Shown in pieces: positions 40,595-50,745 of a stretch of DNA of 64,000 bases (the first letter of the stretch is position 1; every line of letters starts with the position of its first letter). The translations under genes and the position numbers were made by a program. This DNA is from Trueperaceae bacterium (GTDB lineage: Bacteria > Deinococcota > Deinococci > Deinococcales > Trueperaceae), in assembly GCA_965215565.1 (NCBI GenBank), contig CBDCDZ010000004.1, positions 4,329,474 to 4,393,473 of the forward strand, written 5' to 3'. The notes below the pieces were generated by a model. That model worked only from the letters and a program-made list of their open reading frames with translations, was not told the DNA's origin and ran no database searches.

Positions 40595-40799
40595 GCAAAA
40601 CAAGTCCTCGTATGAGGCAGCGCACAGCTTACAAGGCTGTGCGTTTTTCTTTGGCTCGAGGGGTAGCGCCCGGCTAACCTCTTTCAAGATAATGCGCGGC
40701 TAGAGGCTACTGGTACGACTCATGATGCTTTCTGCTTAGTATTTCTTTAAGCGTGCGCAAACCCGTAAGATAGAAACAGTTGAATTGTGGGAAAACAGC

Positions 40800-40976
40800 A
40801 TGAAGATTACGTTTTACTTGTCATATGAATTGACCAAAGAAGAATTGCAAGAAGCCGCTCAAGAGGCGGCTGTTAGGGCGATTCTCGCTCGGCAGAGTTT
40901 CAAGCTCACCGTTGTGAGAGCAAAGGCGCTCGAGAAAGGCTCCCGCGAGCCTATCGAGGCGCAGGCTTCTTTTTAA
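40800..40976 (+). CDS. Small hypothetical protein
   Basis: 58 aa; followed by terminator at ~41004-41034. Confidence 0.5.
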   Translation: MKITFYLSYELTKEELQEAAQEAAVRAILARQSFKLTVVRAKALEKGSREPIEAQASF

Positions 40977-41262
40977 GTGAGCCTGCGCAGCCTAGATTAG
41001 CGTAAGTCCGGGTCAACCGCCCGGACTTCTTTTTGCCCCCGAGCGCCAGGATAACAGCGGACGGTTTCCCTAAAGTCAACCTCGCCGCGCTGACGGTTGT
41101 GAAATGTGCTGTCGGGGGTTCGAGCAGCTTTTGTACACTCGACAGTTCGCCAGAACCAACGACGCTGTGTGCGGCGAATATTTCACAGGTCAACGCCGAA
41201 GCTAAAGAGCGCGTCGGCGCTCCAGGTCTGCTAGCTTTAGAAGGTAGTTTCTGGAGAACGTC

Positions 41263-41598
41263 ATGTTTTCGCAATATCCCTTCCCCTACCAGCCTCACCT
41301 CGTCGAGAGGCTGCATTCATACACTTCGCATATCCTGCTCGCGGATATTGCGGTGATAAGCCGAATCGACCTTATCTACCAGGTTGACACCGGCTGGGAG
41401 CACGTGACGATCTTCGCTCCTGGGCTCAGGTCCGAGTGGAACGAAGAAAAGCGGCTCGCCGCCGCGCTCCTCTTTCGCGAGGCGGTGCGGCGCGTCGGCA
41501 GGTGGGGTTGGGAGCGCTATGCGCTAAGCTTCCAGCGCTTAGACCCGGTCAGCTTCGGGCTCTTAGGGGAGAGCTTGCTTCCAGTGACTCGCCGTTAA
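41263..41598 (+). CDS. Hypothetical protein
   Basis: GGAG RBS; terminator at ~41618-41651. Confidence 0.55.
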   Translation: MFSQYPFPYQPHLVERLHSYTSHILLADIAVISRIDLIYQVDTGWEHVTIFAPGLRSEWNEEKRLAAALLFREAVRRVGRWGWERYALSFQRLDPVSFGLLGESLLPVTRR

Positions 41599-41804
41599 AT
41601 CCTCCCTAGCGGGAGGTAGGCACGCGCCACACGCGCCGTGCCTTTCTTTTTGTCATTTCAAGGTCTTTTTGTGCTGAGAAGAGCCCGAACGTTAAAGATT
41701 TTGTCACGCGCTCGTCATGCTACGCTCTAAGAGGCTAACGAAGACAACTTCTTGAGAAAGTAAAGCGTTTTCTGTTTAGCTGTGTAAATTGACAACTAAA
41801 GAAC

Positions 41805-43283
41805 ATGACACAAAAAAAATGCCGTGTCATCTATCAGCTAATGACTGATAGATTTAACCGGCTGTCCGAAAGAATGCTGGCACGCATAGCGGCTAGCATT
41901 GACCCCGACTTCATCAATGAATGGGCGGATGAAATTGCCGCAGGGTGGATGTACCCTGTGGAGCGGGAGAACCCAGTTGGTTGGCACGGGGGAAACTACC
42001 CTGGGCTAGCCTTGAAAATTCAAGAAGGTTACTTTGCGAATCTATCCAACACCTTATTGGTCTCGGGTCCCTGCCTCCAGGTGAAGGAGCGAATTGGTCC
42101 TTTGACAGGTCTTATGGAGGTGCCCTACCATGGGTACCATCCGGCAGATTTGTTACTGCCTAACAAGCGCTTTGGCTCCGTGAGCGGCTTGAGAAAGCTC
42201 TCGCGGGAAGCCAACAGTAAAGGCATTGAGTTGATGATGGACGCAGTTCATCACCTCGGCTCGCCCGACGCTGAGCTTTACCGGGAGCGCCCCGATCTTT
42301 TCTTACCCGTGGGTGAGTGGAGTTGGTCCGAGCTTCCACTTTTCGACATGCGAAATTCCGAAGCTAGACGCTACGTCTGGCAGAGTTTTCGCTACTGGCG
42401 AGAGCGCGGCATTCAAGGCTTCCGCTGGGATACAGCGGGGCACCTTTCTTTGGAGTACCTTTCCGATTTGGTGCAATCGCCTTTGTCTCCCGTTCACGGC
42501 ACCTACTCCTTTGGAGAGGTGTTCGATGGGAACATCGCGGCGCTCGTTCCCTTTCTCAATGTGGGGATGAGTGCACTGGATTATCCGCTCCACTTCAAAA
42601 TCCTGGACTGCCTAGCAGTTCCAGGTGGGCACGGGCCGCTGAACGAGTTAGCCGCGCACATGCGCCGCTATCAAGAACTTGGCGTTGATCAGTCTAAACT
42701 CGTGCGCTTTTTAGACAACCCAGATACGTCTCGGTTTGTCTGGGAAGTGTTGAAGCGGCACTTTGCGGACCCCGCTAGCGAGAGAGGGAGTGATCCTATT
42801 GATCCTTTCTACGCGCGTCAGCGCTTGGATTTGGGGCTCTCTTACCTCTTCTCACTCGAGGGCGACATTCTCATCTACTACGGTACCGAATGCGGTATTG
42901 CAGGGGAAGGGATGCGCTCACCTTTCGGAGAAAACCGCTTGAGCATGGATTTTTCCTTGTCTCAGCGGCTAAAACCTCGTCTACAAGCGCTCTACCGCGC
43001 AAGAATGAACAATTCTGCCTTAGTAAACGGTGACTACCGTGAACTTTGGCAGCCCCAATGGGGCGGCGCAGCGGTTTTGTGTCATGCTCGAGTCAACAAC
43101 GAGCAGGCAGTAGTCGTTGTCTTAAACAACGGCAATTTGCCTGCTGAGGTGGACATTCCGGTGCATGGTCTCTTAGGTGAGATCATCTCCGAGCTGACCG
43201 GACGCTCTCACAACATGAGGGCGGACGGCAATCTAGTCGGTACTGTTCCGGCTAGAACGCTCTATATGTTCACATCTAAATAA
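41805..43283 (+). CDS. Divergent GH13 alpha-amylase family protein
   Basis: IYQLMTDRF, YHGY, GFRWDTAGH, FGEVF, FLDNPD, IYYGTE. Confidence 0.8.
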   Translation: MTQKKCRVIYQLMTDRFNRLSERMLARIAASIDPDFINEWADEIAAGWMYPVERENPVGWHGGNYPGLALKIQEGYFANLSNTLLVSGPCLQVKERIGPLTGLMEVPYHGYHPADLLLPNKRFGSVSGLRKLSREANSKGIELMMDAVHHLGSPDAELYRERPDLFLPVGEWSWSELPLFDMRNSEARRYVWQSFRYWRERGIQGFRWDTAGHLSLEYLSDLVQSPLSPVHGTYSFGEVFDGNIAALVPFLNVGMSALDYPLHFKILDCLAVPGGHGPLNELAAHMRRYQELGVDQSKLVRFLDNPDTSRFVWEVLKRHFADPASERGSDPIDPFYARQRLDLGLSYLFSLEGDILIYYGTECGIAGEGMRSPFGENRLSMDFSLSQRLKPRLQALYRARMNNSALVNGDYRELWQPQWGGAAVLCHARVNNEQAVVVVLNNGNLPAEVDIPVHGLLGEIISELTGRSHNMRADGNLVGTVPARTLYMFTSK

Positions 43284-43372
43284 GCTAAGTTACTCTTAGC
43301 GTTTCGCCAGGCATACCTTTACGGGTTCCTGGCGATTTTTTTGTCCCTAAGCGGCGTGTTTCTTTTCAGTCA

Positions 43373-44665
43373 ATGTCATCTATATCTCCCTACCCTGACT
43401 CAGTTTTAGGCTCAACTGTGAAATTTTACACTCGCACGTATCTCAACTTAGCTCAGTTTAGCTTTGGTTGTAGGGCTACGCTAAAAGAGTTCATTTATCG
43501 CGCATTTTTCAGTGCGCATAGAACATTGACAATCTTTCTGTTTTTCTTATACCAGTTTGTATCTGGTATCGGCGAGCGGATGTCTGCTGCAGCTTTGGAA
43601 CTGCGGTCTTTCGAGGCTGCTGGTTCGAGCGCTGTGGCATTCGTTCAAACCCTGCCGCTTATCGTCATCGTGCTAGGGAGTCCCTTCTTGGGCTCCATAG
43701 CAGGGCGATTAAGGCTGCGGCCCTCGATGGTCATGTTGAATATCCTTCTGGGATTCTTCCCTCTAGGACTCTACGTGGCCTACCGCCAGGACGCCAGCAC
43801 ATTGGTGTTTGGTCTTATCCTAGCGGCTGCTACAGCGCCGCAGGTCCTGTTGGCAAACCTGCAAACCAGAACCTTCCAAGGACTGGTGCGTGGGTTTAGC
43901 GTGCAAGACCGGGATAAGTTGGGCTCTGGTCAAAGTGCCAGCCAAAACCTTTATAAAGGTGCTGGCGGTTGGCTAGGCTCTGCTCTGTATGGGCAAGTCC
44001 AGGGCGGTGTGTTCCTCGTGGATATGGCGACCTATTGGGTCGCTGCTGCTATGGTGCCGCTCTTTGCGAGACCAGAAGCGCCGCGAGTGGTGCCCCGGCT
44101 TTCTCGTAAGCGGCGCTTAGTCGCTCTACGCAGAGTGCGTCGTAACATCCCAGCAGTGATTGCTGGTCTCGCAACGTTCATCTTTGCGGGTGTTATTGAT
44201 GTTTTGGGTCCGGCTATCGTTAGCGGCGACCCAACTGCCTTGGCAAACTACAAGGGAGCCTTCTTCCTTGGCGAGCTTGTGGGTTCGTTGACGTGGGCAG
44301 CCGTGTATACGCCGGGTACTCGGAGCCTTCCTTGGGCCTTGGCTGCGTTAGCGGCAACTACTGGCTTAATGCCTGTGGCTGCGCAGTGGTCGCTGCTTGA
44401 GGGTGTGCGAGCCGTGCAGGGTTCCTTGGTGAGCCTCGCTGGTATCCTCGCGTTCAACCGTATTGTGGTTGGACAGCGGAGCAAACTGGTTGGCTTCGTT
44501 GGGGGCAGCTACACTGCGGTAGGTGTACTTGTCCAGATCATTGCAGCTAATGCTGCTGGGCGTATCTCTGATGCGTTTGGTCCTGCAGTAGGGCTTTATG
44601 CTACCGCAATTACCATCGCTGTCTTGATGGTGTTCTCCTTTATAGGCGTGCGCCGTACCAGATAG
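43373..44665 (+). CDS. MFS transporter
   Basis: About 12 hydrophobic segments; GRISDAFG motif. Confidence 0.75.
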   Translation: MSSISPYPDSVLGSTVKFYTRTYLNLAQFSFGCRATLKEFIYRAFFSAHRTLTIFLFFLYQFVSGIGERMSAAALELRSFEAAGSSAVAFVQTLPLIVIVLGSPFLGSIAGRLRLRPSMVMLNILLGFFPLGLYVAYRQDASTLVFGLILAAATAPQVLLANLQTRTFQGLVRGFSVQDRDKLGSGQSASQNLYKGAGGWLGSALYGQVQGGVFLVDMATYWVAAAMVPLFARPEAPRVVPRLSRKRRLVALRRVRRNIPAVIAGLATFIFAGVIDVLGPAIVSGDPTALANYKGAFFLGELVGSLTWAAVYTPGTRSLPWALAALAATTGLMPVAAQWSLLEGVRAVQGSLVSLAGILAFNRIVVGQRSKLVGFVGGSYTAVGVLVQIIAANAAGRISDAFGPAVGLYATAITIAVLMVFSFIGVRRTR

Positions 44666-44829
44666 CAATGTTTACCCAAGCCTCACTTCCCGTGAGCTTG
44701 GGTTCTTTTTTTGTCTGTCTTTTGCGTTGTCGCATGAAAAACTTGCTAGCTCACCCACAAAAAAGGACCTCAAGAGGTTGAGGTCCTTACGTCGAGCGTT
44801 GTGACCCCGGCTCGAGCGGGGCGTCGGTC

Positions 44830-45024
44830 TTATTTGTTCTTTATCTGGTATATGGCTGAGTAGCTGTAAGCCACACCAACCAAGTAGCAGAAAACGCCAA
44901 CCTCTCTGTCGCGGCCGCTGTTACCGCTATTTTCTGACGCAACAACCGCCAACGTCCCGGTGGTAAAGCACAAAGAGGTGAAGGCGAAGGTGAGAACGAG
45001 TTCGGAAAAACGTAGAAAGCGCAT
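44830..45024 (-). CDS. Small membrane protein
   Basis: 64 aa, two hydrophobic segments; minus-strand terminator at ~44759-44788. Confidence 0.4.
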   Translation of the reverse strand: MRFLRFSELVLTFAFTSLCFTTGTLAVVASENSGNSGRDREVGVFCYLVGVAYSYSAIYQIKNK

Positions 45025-45120
45025 AGTAGTGCCTCGAGAACGACAACAGCACCATAGCGCATAACCTAAACTGAAAAACGAATTAGGATTCGCCCAACCA
45101 GCTCGAATCGGGAAAATGGC

Positions 45121-46644
45121 TCACAATTCTCCCCTTTCCAACTTCTCTTTAACCTCTTTCGCCCGCGCCAAAATCTCACCCTTGACCTCTTCACCTCGTT
45201 TATCCCAATTCGCCATCATCAGCGACATGCGCGGATTTTTACCAAACTTCTCCTTGTGCCTATCTAAGAAGTCCCAATAGAGGCTGTTAAAAGGGCAAGC
45301 GTTCTCCTCCGTCGTCTTCGTATGACTGTACGAACATCCCCTACAATAGTCGCTCATCTTGTTGATGTAATTCGCGCTCGCCGCATACGGCTTCGTCGTA
45401 AAGGAGCCTAGATCGGCGTATTGACTCATCCCGATGACGTTGGGGACCATGACCCACTCGAGCGCGTCAATGTAGCACGCCGTAAACCATTCGGTCAGCT
45501 TCTGCGGATTGACGCCCGCAATCAGCGCGAAGTTGCCCAAGACCATGAGCCGCTGGATGTGGTGGGTGTGACCCGTTTCGCGGAGTTGTTTAATAGTGTG
45601 GTGCAAACAGTTCATCTGCGTGTCGCCGCTCCAGAAGAACTCGGGTACGCCGCGTTCATGCCCCAACTTATTCTGCTCGCGAAATTCGGGCATCTTGAGG
45701 CGGTAGACCTGAAACATGAATTCGCGCCAGCCCGAGACTTGGCGGATGAAACCCTCTATGCTGTTCAAAGGAATTTTGCGGTGTCCGTCGGCGGCGTATT
45801 CCAATGCCATCTCACAGACCTCTCGAGGATGCAAGAGTCCCATACTCAGTGGCGCACTTAGCAGCGAGTGGTAGAGCGTCGTTTCGCCCTGCACCATCGC
45901 ATCTTCGAAGGGTCCGAAGTCGCGTAAGCGGTTGGCGCAGAAATCTTCTAAGGCTTCTAATGCCTGAGCCCTCGTCACTGGCCAGTCAAATCCCTCAGCC
46001 CTGCCAAAGTGATTCGGCACAACCTCTTCAACAAATGCAATGACCTCTTGCGTGATGTTGTCCGGTTCAAAGCTCGGTGGCTCCGGGTAGTCATGCCCCT
46101 CTTTCGGTGGACGGCGGTTCTCCTTGTCAAAGTTCCACTTTCCGCCTACGGGTTGCCCATCCTCTTCCATGAGCCAGCCCGTCTTTTCGCGCACGGTGCG
46201 GTAGAAGTACTCCATGCGGAGCGTTTTGCGGTCAATCGCCCATTCGTCGAACTCGTCCGGTGAGATGAGCCAGAGGTCGTTCGGAACGAGGTTTAGCGTG
46301 CCGCCGTACTTTTCTGCTGCCTCTTTGAGAAGCGCGTCGTATCCGTAGTCATTGGGCTGCATGGTGGTGAGGTCTGCGTTCGGGTGTTCTTGCAAATACG
46401 CTTCAATCCCCGCCTCAAACGAGTCGGCAGTTCGGTAGAAAACGCTGAATCCGTCTTGCTCCAACTCCTTTGCAAAGTGCCGCATCGCGGAGAAGATCAT
46501 GACTAGTTTTTGCTTGTGGTGGGGGATGCTACGTGCAAGCTCGAGTGACTCGATCATCAACACGGATGTGTCTTCGGGCGTGGCGTCAGCGAGAGGTCCG
46601 ACTTGGCGGGTGAGTTGGTCGCCTAAGACGAGGATGTGGGTCAT
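45121..46644 (-). CDS. FeS-containing bacterial cryptochrome/(6-4) photolyase (PhrB/CryB type)
   Basis: LGDQL, HHKQK, RMEYFY, HHIQRLMV, KPYAAS, four conserved Cys (MNC, YCRGC, ACPF). Confidence 0.92.
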   Translation of the reverse strand: MTHILVLGDQLTRQVGPLADATPEDTSVLMIESLELARSIPHHKQKLVMIFSAMRHFAKELEQDGFSVFYRTADSFEAGIEAYLQEHPNADLTTMQPNDYGYDALLKEAAEKYGGTLNLVPNDLWLISPDEFDEWAIDRKTLRMEYFYRTVREKTGWLMEEDGQPVGGKWNFDKENRRPPKEGHDYPEPPSFEPDNITQEVIAFVEEVVPNHFGRAEGFDWPVTRAQALEALEDFCANRLRDFGPFEDAMVQGETTLYHSLLSAPLSMGLLHPREVCEMALEYAADGHRKIPLNSIEGFIRQVSGWREFMFQVYRLKMPEFREQNKLGHERGVPEFFWSGDTQMNCLHHTIKQLRETGHTHHIQRLMVLGNFALIAGVNPQKLTEWFTACYIDALEWVMVPNVIGMSQYADLGSFTTKPYAASANYINKMSDYCRGCSYSHTKTTEENACPFNSLYWDFLDRHKEKFGKNPRMSLMMANWDKRGEEVKGEILARAKEVKEKLERGEL

Positions 46645-46769
46645 GCTCTAGAGCGTATAAAACCGTCTCACAGTAAAAAACGGCGGCGGGTGCTTTTCTC
46701 TCGCTAAATCACTTGCTAACTATGACGCAGCACTGAGTCAAACACGGCAATCTCCTGTTAAGTTGTTTT

Positions 46770-47579
46770 ATGGATTTAGCATTTAATGGACGACTCGCCG
46801 TTGTGACGGGCGCAGATTCGGGCATCGGCTTACGCACGGCGATCACCTTGGCAGCGGAGGGCGCGAAGGTCATCATCAGCGATATTGAGGTGGATTCGCT
46901 TCAAGACGCCGTCAAGAAAGTTAAAGAAGAGGTGCAGGGCGCGGAGGTGACTCACGTTGCCGCTGACCTCACAAATCCCGACGACGTAAAGAAGTTGCTG
47001 CAAACAGCAGATGAGCAGGGCGGCGCGGCGGTTGTCGCGCACCTTGCTGGGACACGGGGGGCGGCGGGAGACTTTCTCGAGCTAACGGACGACGGCTGGA
47101 TGGAGACCCTCAACGTGGACCTCATGAGCGCCGTGCGCGTCTGCCGTGCCTTTATTCCAGGGATGAGGGAGCGCGGTTATGGACGCATCGTTCTAACCGC
47201 CTCGGAGAACGCCATTCAGCCCTACGTAGACGAGACGCCCTACAACGCCGCTAAAGCGGGCGTTATCAACCTGACCAAAGGGCTCTCCAAAGCGTACGGT
47301 GAAGACGGTGTGCACGTGAACGTAGTCTCGCCCGCCTACGTCAAATCGCCTATGACCGACAAGATGATGGAGCAGCGAGCCGAGTCGATGGATACGGATG
47401 TGGATACCGCTGTCGAGACCTTTTTGGAGGAGGAGCGCCCTGGCATCAACTTAGGGCGGCGCGGCAGGGCGCAAGAGGTCGCCAATGTCATCGCCTTTTT
47501 GTGCTCGGACCTGGCGTCGTATGTAGACGGGTCGAACTACCGGGTAGATGGTGGGGCGGTCTTAACGGCGTTTGGTTGA
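46770..47579 (+). CDS. SDR oxidoreductase
   Basis: TGADSGIG, YNAAK, VDGG. Confidence 0.92.
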   Translation: MDLAFNGRLAVVTGADSGIGLRTAITLAAEGAKVIISDIEVDSLQDAVKKVKEEVQGAEVTHVAADLTNPDDVKKLLQTADEQGGAAVVAHLAGTRGAAGDFLELTDDGWMETLNVDLMSAVRVCRAFIPGMRERGYGRIVLTASENAIQPYVDETPYNAAKAGVINLTKGLSKAYGEDGVHVNVVSPAYVKSPMTDKMMEQRAESMDTDVDTAVETFLEEERPGINLGRRGRAQEVANVIAFLCSDLASYVDGSNYRVDGGAVLTAFG

Positions 47580-47647
47580 GCGAGCGTACAACGCAATTTT
47601 CAAAGCTCCTAACGACTTTTGTCTACAAAATTTTCCGTTCTAAGCGC

Positions 47648-48238
47648 TTAGTAAGCGAGTTCGGCGGCGAATCTCTCAGCCGTAGCAGGAGGATTAAGCA
47701 GCCTAGCAAACTGAATGCGAGATTCGTTACTTTGGTCACCCATTGCAATATTGAGTACAATTCTTTCGCGGTATTCACCTCTTCCGAAAATGCCCTCTTC
47801 ATCGAGGTTTCGTAAGACTTTGACGCAGGTTGAGAAGGCGATCCGAAGGAGTTGGTCGCCCTTCTCTTCGCTCCCTTCGTCTTCGTCGTCATAAGCGGCT
47901 GACAGCGCTTCATCAAACTCGAGCATTATTTTGAAGCTCTCATCCATCATATCCTCGTGCAAAAGATGATAGGGCGAATCTGCGTAACTCCACTTCAATA
48001 AGGTTTTCAACTGGTCTAACGATTGGTTTTTATAACGCTCGTTCGTTTGATACCTTATTGCCACCTGTTCTAATCCCTCGAACGTCGAACAGGTAGGTGA
48101 CAGATAGCCGAGACCATCGGTTGTGTAGAGCGCCATAGAGTAGATATGCTGGTCCGACAAGTCATCTCTAATCTGTGAGAACGTATCTTTGGCTTCTTCG
48201 TATAAAATCTTTTCCATATCTTCTAAGTTAAAGCTCAA
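47648..48238 (-). CDS. DUF4303-like protein (putative immunity protein)
   Basis: IYSMALYT, LKWSYADSPY, LDEEGIFG, ARLLNP; AT-rich. Confidence 0.65.
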   Translation of the reverse strand: MSFNLEDMEKILYEEAKDTFSQIRDDLSDQHIYSMALYTTDGLGYLSPTCSTFEGLEQVAIRYQTNERYKNQSLDQLKTLLKWSYADSPYHLLHEDMMDESFKIMLEFDEALSAAYDDEDEGSEEKGDQLLRIAFSTCVKVLRNLDEEGIFGRGEYRERIVLNIAMGDQSNESRIQFARLLNPPATAERFAAELAY

Positions 48239-48261
48239 TATTTACCTCACAGTGTGCAGAA

Positions 48262-49719
48262 TTATCTTTCCACAACCTCTTTACGCTCCCCCAACTTCCA
48301 CCGCACCCCTTCAGGCGTATCCTCTAACACCACACCCAACGCCGCCAACCTATCGCGAATCGCGTCCGCCGAGCTAAAGTCGCGCCTGACTCTAGCCTCT
48401 TGCCGCTGCTCACTCACTAAGTTGACGAGCCCATCCAAAATCTCAGTGTAGTCTTCGGACTGCGCAACCTGACCGCTGCCGAGTACGCCCAAGACCTCTC
48501 CTGCGAGGTCGTCATAAAAGGTTTTAGCGGCGTGCAAGTAGTCCTGACCGGGCGCTTTTGCCAATTTCGCGTTGATGTCTCTCGTCGCATCGAAGAGTGC
48601 GGCAATCGCCCGAGGTGTATTGATGTCGTCGTCCATCGCCGCGTCGAACTGGTTGCGGTAGCTCGTTAAAGGGTCATCCTGTTCTACCTCTTCATCTCCA
48701 AGACGGCGCGTGACCTCAGCGTAAGTCTCCTGAATACGGCGTAGCCCCTGAGTAGAGCCCCGCAAACTCTCCTCGCTAAAGTCCGAGACCGAGCGGTAGT
48801 GCGTCCCTAAGAGGTGAAAGCGCACGGCGATGGGGTCGTGGTTTTTGAAGAGGTCGGCGAGCGTCACGAAATGACCTTTCGACTTCGCCATCTTCTCACC
48901 GCCTAAAGTCACCATGTTGAAGTGCATCCAGGTGTTGGCAAATTGTTTTCCTGCCGCTTTCGCCTGGGCAATCTCGCACTCGTGGTGCGGAAAGATGAGG
49001 TCTAAGCCGCCGCCGTGGATGTCGAAGTGGTCGCCCAGATATTTGGTGCTCATGACCGAGCATTCGATGTGCCAGCCGGGATAACCTTCGCCCCAGGGGG
49101 AGGACCAGCGCATGATGTGGTTCGGCTCGGCTTTCTTCCACAGCGCGAAGTCGCGCGGGTCGTCCTTCTCGCCGCGCACCTGCACGCGGGTTCCTTCTAC
49201 TAAATCGTCGGTATTGCGCCCCGAGAGTTCGCCGTAGGCGTCCCACGCGGACACGTCGAAATAAACGGAGCCGTTACGCTCATACGCGACGCCCGCTTCA
49301 ATAAGTGCCTCCGCGAGTTCGATTTGCTCGGTGATGTGACCTGACGCGCGTGGCACGACATCGGGGCGGCGCACGTTCAAGCGGCTCAGCGCGTCGAAAT
49401 ACGCCCAGAAGTACTTCTCGGCGATTTCCATAGGCTCGAGCCTCTCCAGTTTGGCCCGCTTGAGGAGTTTGTCCTCGCCCTCGTCGGCGTCATCCGTCAA
49501 GTGCCCTACGTCGGTGATGTTCGAGACCATGCGGACGCGGTAGCCTTTGCGCTCTAAATAGCGCTTCAATACGTCGAAAGTGATGGGACCTCTCGCGTGG
49601 CCTAAATGCGGCTCGCTGTAGACCGTTGGACCGCAGAAGTAAATACCGACGTGTCCTTCGCTGATGGGCGTGAAGGGTTTTTTGGTGCGGGTCAGGCTGT
49701 TGTAAAGCTCGAGGGGCAT
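48262..49719 (-). CDS. cysS: Cysteine-tRNA ligase
   Basis: [29 protein letters not shown]. Confidence 0.97.
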   Translation of the reverse strand: MPLELYNSLTRTKKPFTPISEGHVGIYFCGPTVYSEPHLGHARGPITFDVLKRYLERKGYRVRMVSNITDVGHLTDDADEGEDKLLKRAKLERLEPMEIAEKYFWAYFDALSRLNVRRPDVVPRASGHITEQIELAEALIEAGVAYERNGSVYFDVSAWDAYGELSGRNTDDLVEGTRVQVRGEKDDPRDFALWKKAEPNHIMRWSSPWGEGYPGWHIECSVMSTKYLGDHFDIHGGGLDLIFPHHECEIAQAKAAGKQFANTWMHFNMVTLGGEKMAKSKGHFVTLADLFKNHDPIAVRFHLLGTHYRSVSDFSEESLRGSTQGLRRIQETYAEVTRRLGDEEVEQDDPLTSYRNQFDAAMDDDINTPRAIAALFDATRDINAKLAKAPGQDYLHAAKTFYDDLAGEVLGVLGSGQVAQSEDYTEILDGLVNLVSEQRQEARVRRDFSSADAIRDRLAALGVVLEDTPEGVRWKLGERKEVVER

Positions 49720-49900
49720 AGGGGAAAGCTCCTTTGCAGGCGAAGAGGTTGTGAGGTTAGGTTTTTAGAGGGAGGAAGCGTGTCAGGAAAACCTGAAGTA
49801 CTGACTAGCTGACTAGCTACAAAAACATCGTTTTATATGAGCCTCAAAGGTCATCGTTCCAAGAGTCTAGCACAAAGTACGTGCGTTAAACTGGCGTGCG

Positions 49901-50506
49901 ATGTCTATGACCTCTTACTTCACCGTTGCCAAAGAAGCTGAACTCGAAGAGGTGGTGAAAGGCTCTAAGTTCATCGGGTTTGTCTCGAGCGTCCACAGTG
50001 TCAAGACAGCCCTAGCCAAACTCGAAGAGGTTCGCGCAACCTACCCAGACGCCACACATCACCCCTGGGCGTACCTCATCGGCGGCGAAATGCGTTTTTC
50101 GGATGACGGTGAGCCGGGCGGAACGGCGGGGCGTCCGATGCTCGAGACGTTGCAGAAGCGCAATCTGGATAGAGTCTTAGGTGTAGTGACGCGCTACTAC
50201 GGCGGGACGAAACTCGGCGCGGGCGGTTTAGTGCGGGCGTATGGCGGGACGCTCGCGAAAACGCTGGACATGGCAGGCGTCGTAGAGGTTAAGCCTACCG
50301 TGACCTTTTTCGTGAACGTTCCCTTTGCTGAGATGGACGCGGTGCATAGACTCTTGGACGAGTGGCGCGGGCTGCGTAAAGGGGAGGCGGGCTATTCGGC
50401 GGAGGGGCTACGGCTCGAGGTGACGCTTTTCGCGGAGAATAAGGAGAGGTTGGAGCGTGCGCTTACCGAAGTGACGAGAGGGCAGGTCATTTTTGACGCT
50501 GAATAG
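49901..50506 (+). CDS. yigZ: YigZ/IMPACT family protein
   Basis: SDDGEPGGTAG, RYYGGTKLGAGGLVRAY. Confidence 0.92.
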   Translation: MSMTSYFTVAKEAELEEVVKGSKFIGFVSSVHSVKTALAKLEEVRATYPDATHHPWAYLIGGEMRFSDDGEPGGTAGRPMLETLQKRNLDRVLGVVTRYYGGTKLGAGGLVRAYGGTLAKTLDMAGVVEVKPTVTFFVNVPFAEMDAVHRLLDEWRGLRKGEAGYSAEGLRLEVTLFAENKERLERALTEVTRGQVIFDAE

Positions 50507-50520
50507 GTTGTAAGAGAAGG

Positions 50521-50573
50521 CAGCGCTATCTCATAGGGGTGGGTTTGAAACCCACTCCTATGAGATAGCGCTG
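50521..50573. repeat. Long palindrome (REP/MITE-like)
   Basis: CAGCGCTATCTCATAGGGGTGGGTTT-G-AAACCCACTCCTATGAGATAGCGCTG, 26-bp stem with one G-T. Confidence 0.8.
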
Positions 50574-50745
50574 TACATGGGTAAAGTCGAGGATTCGAGA
50601 AACTTTGGATGTTAAGCCGTTTTGTTCGTCAGCCACAAGCATTTCATCTGTAGCAAAGTGATAGCCCTGCTGAGTTGCGTCCAGGGTTTTCCCGTTTTCT
50701 GCGGCGTCGCCGATTTTTCTTTCAGGCATCCTCAGCGCTTCTCGT

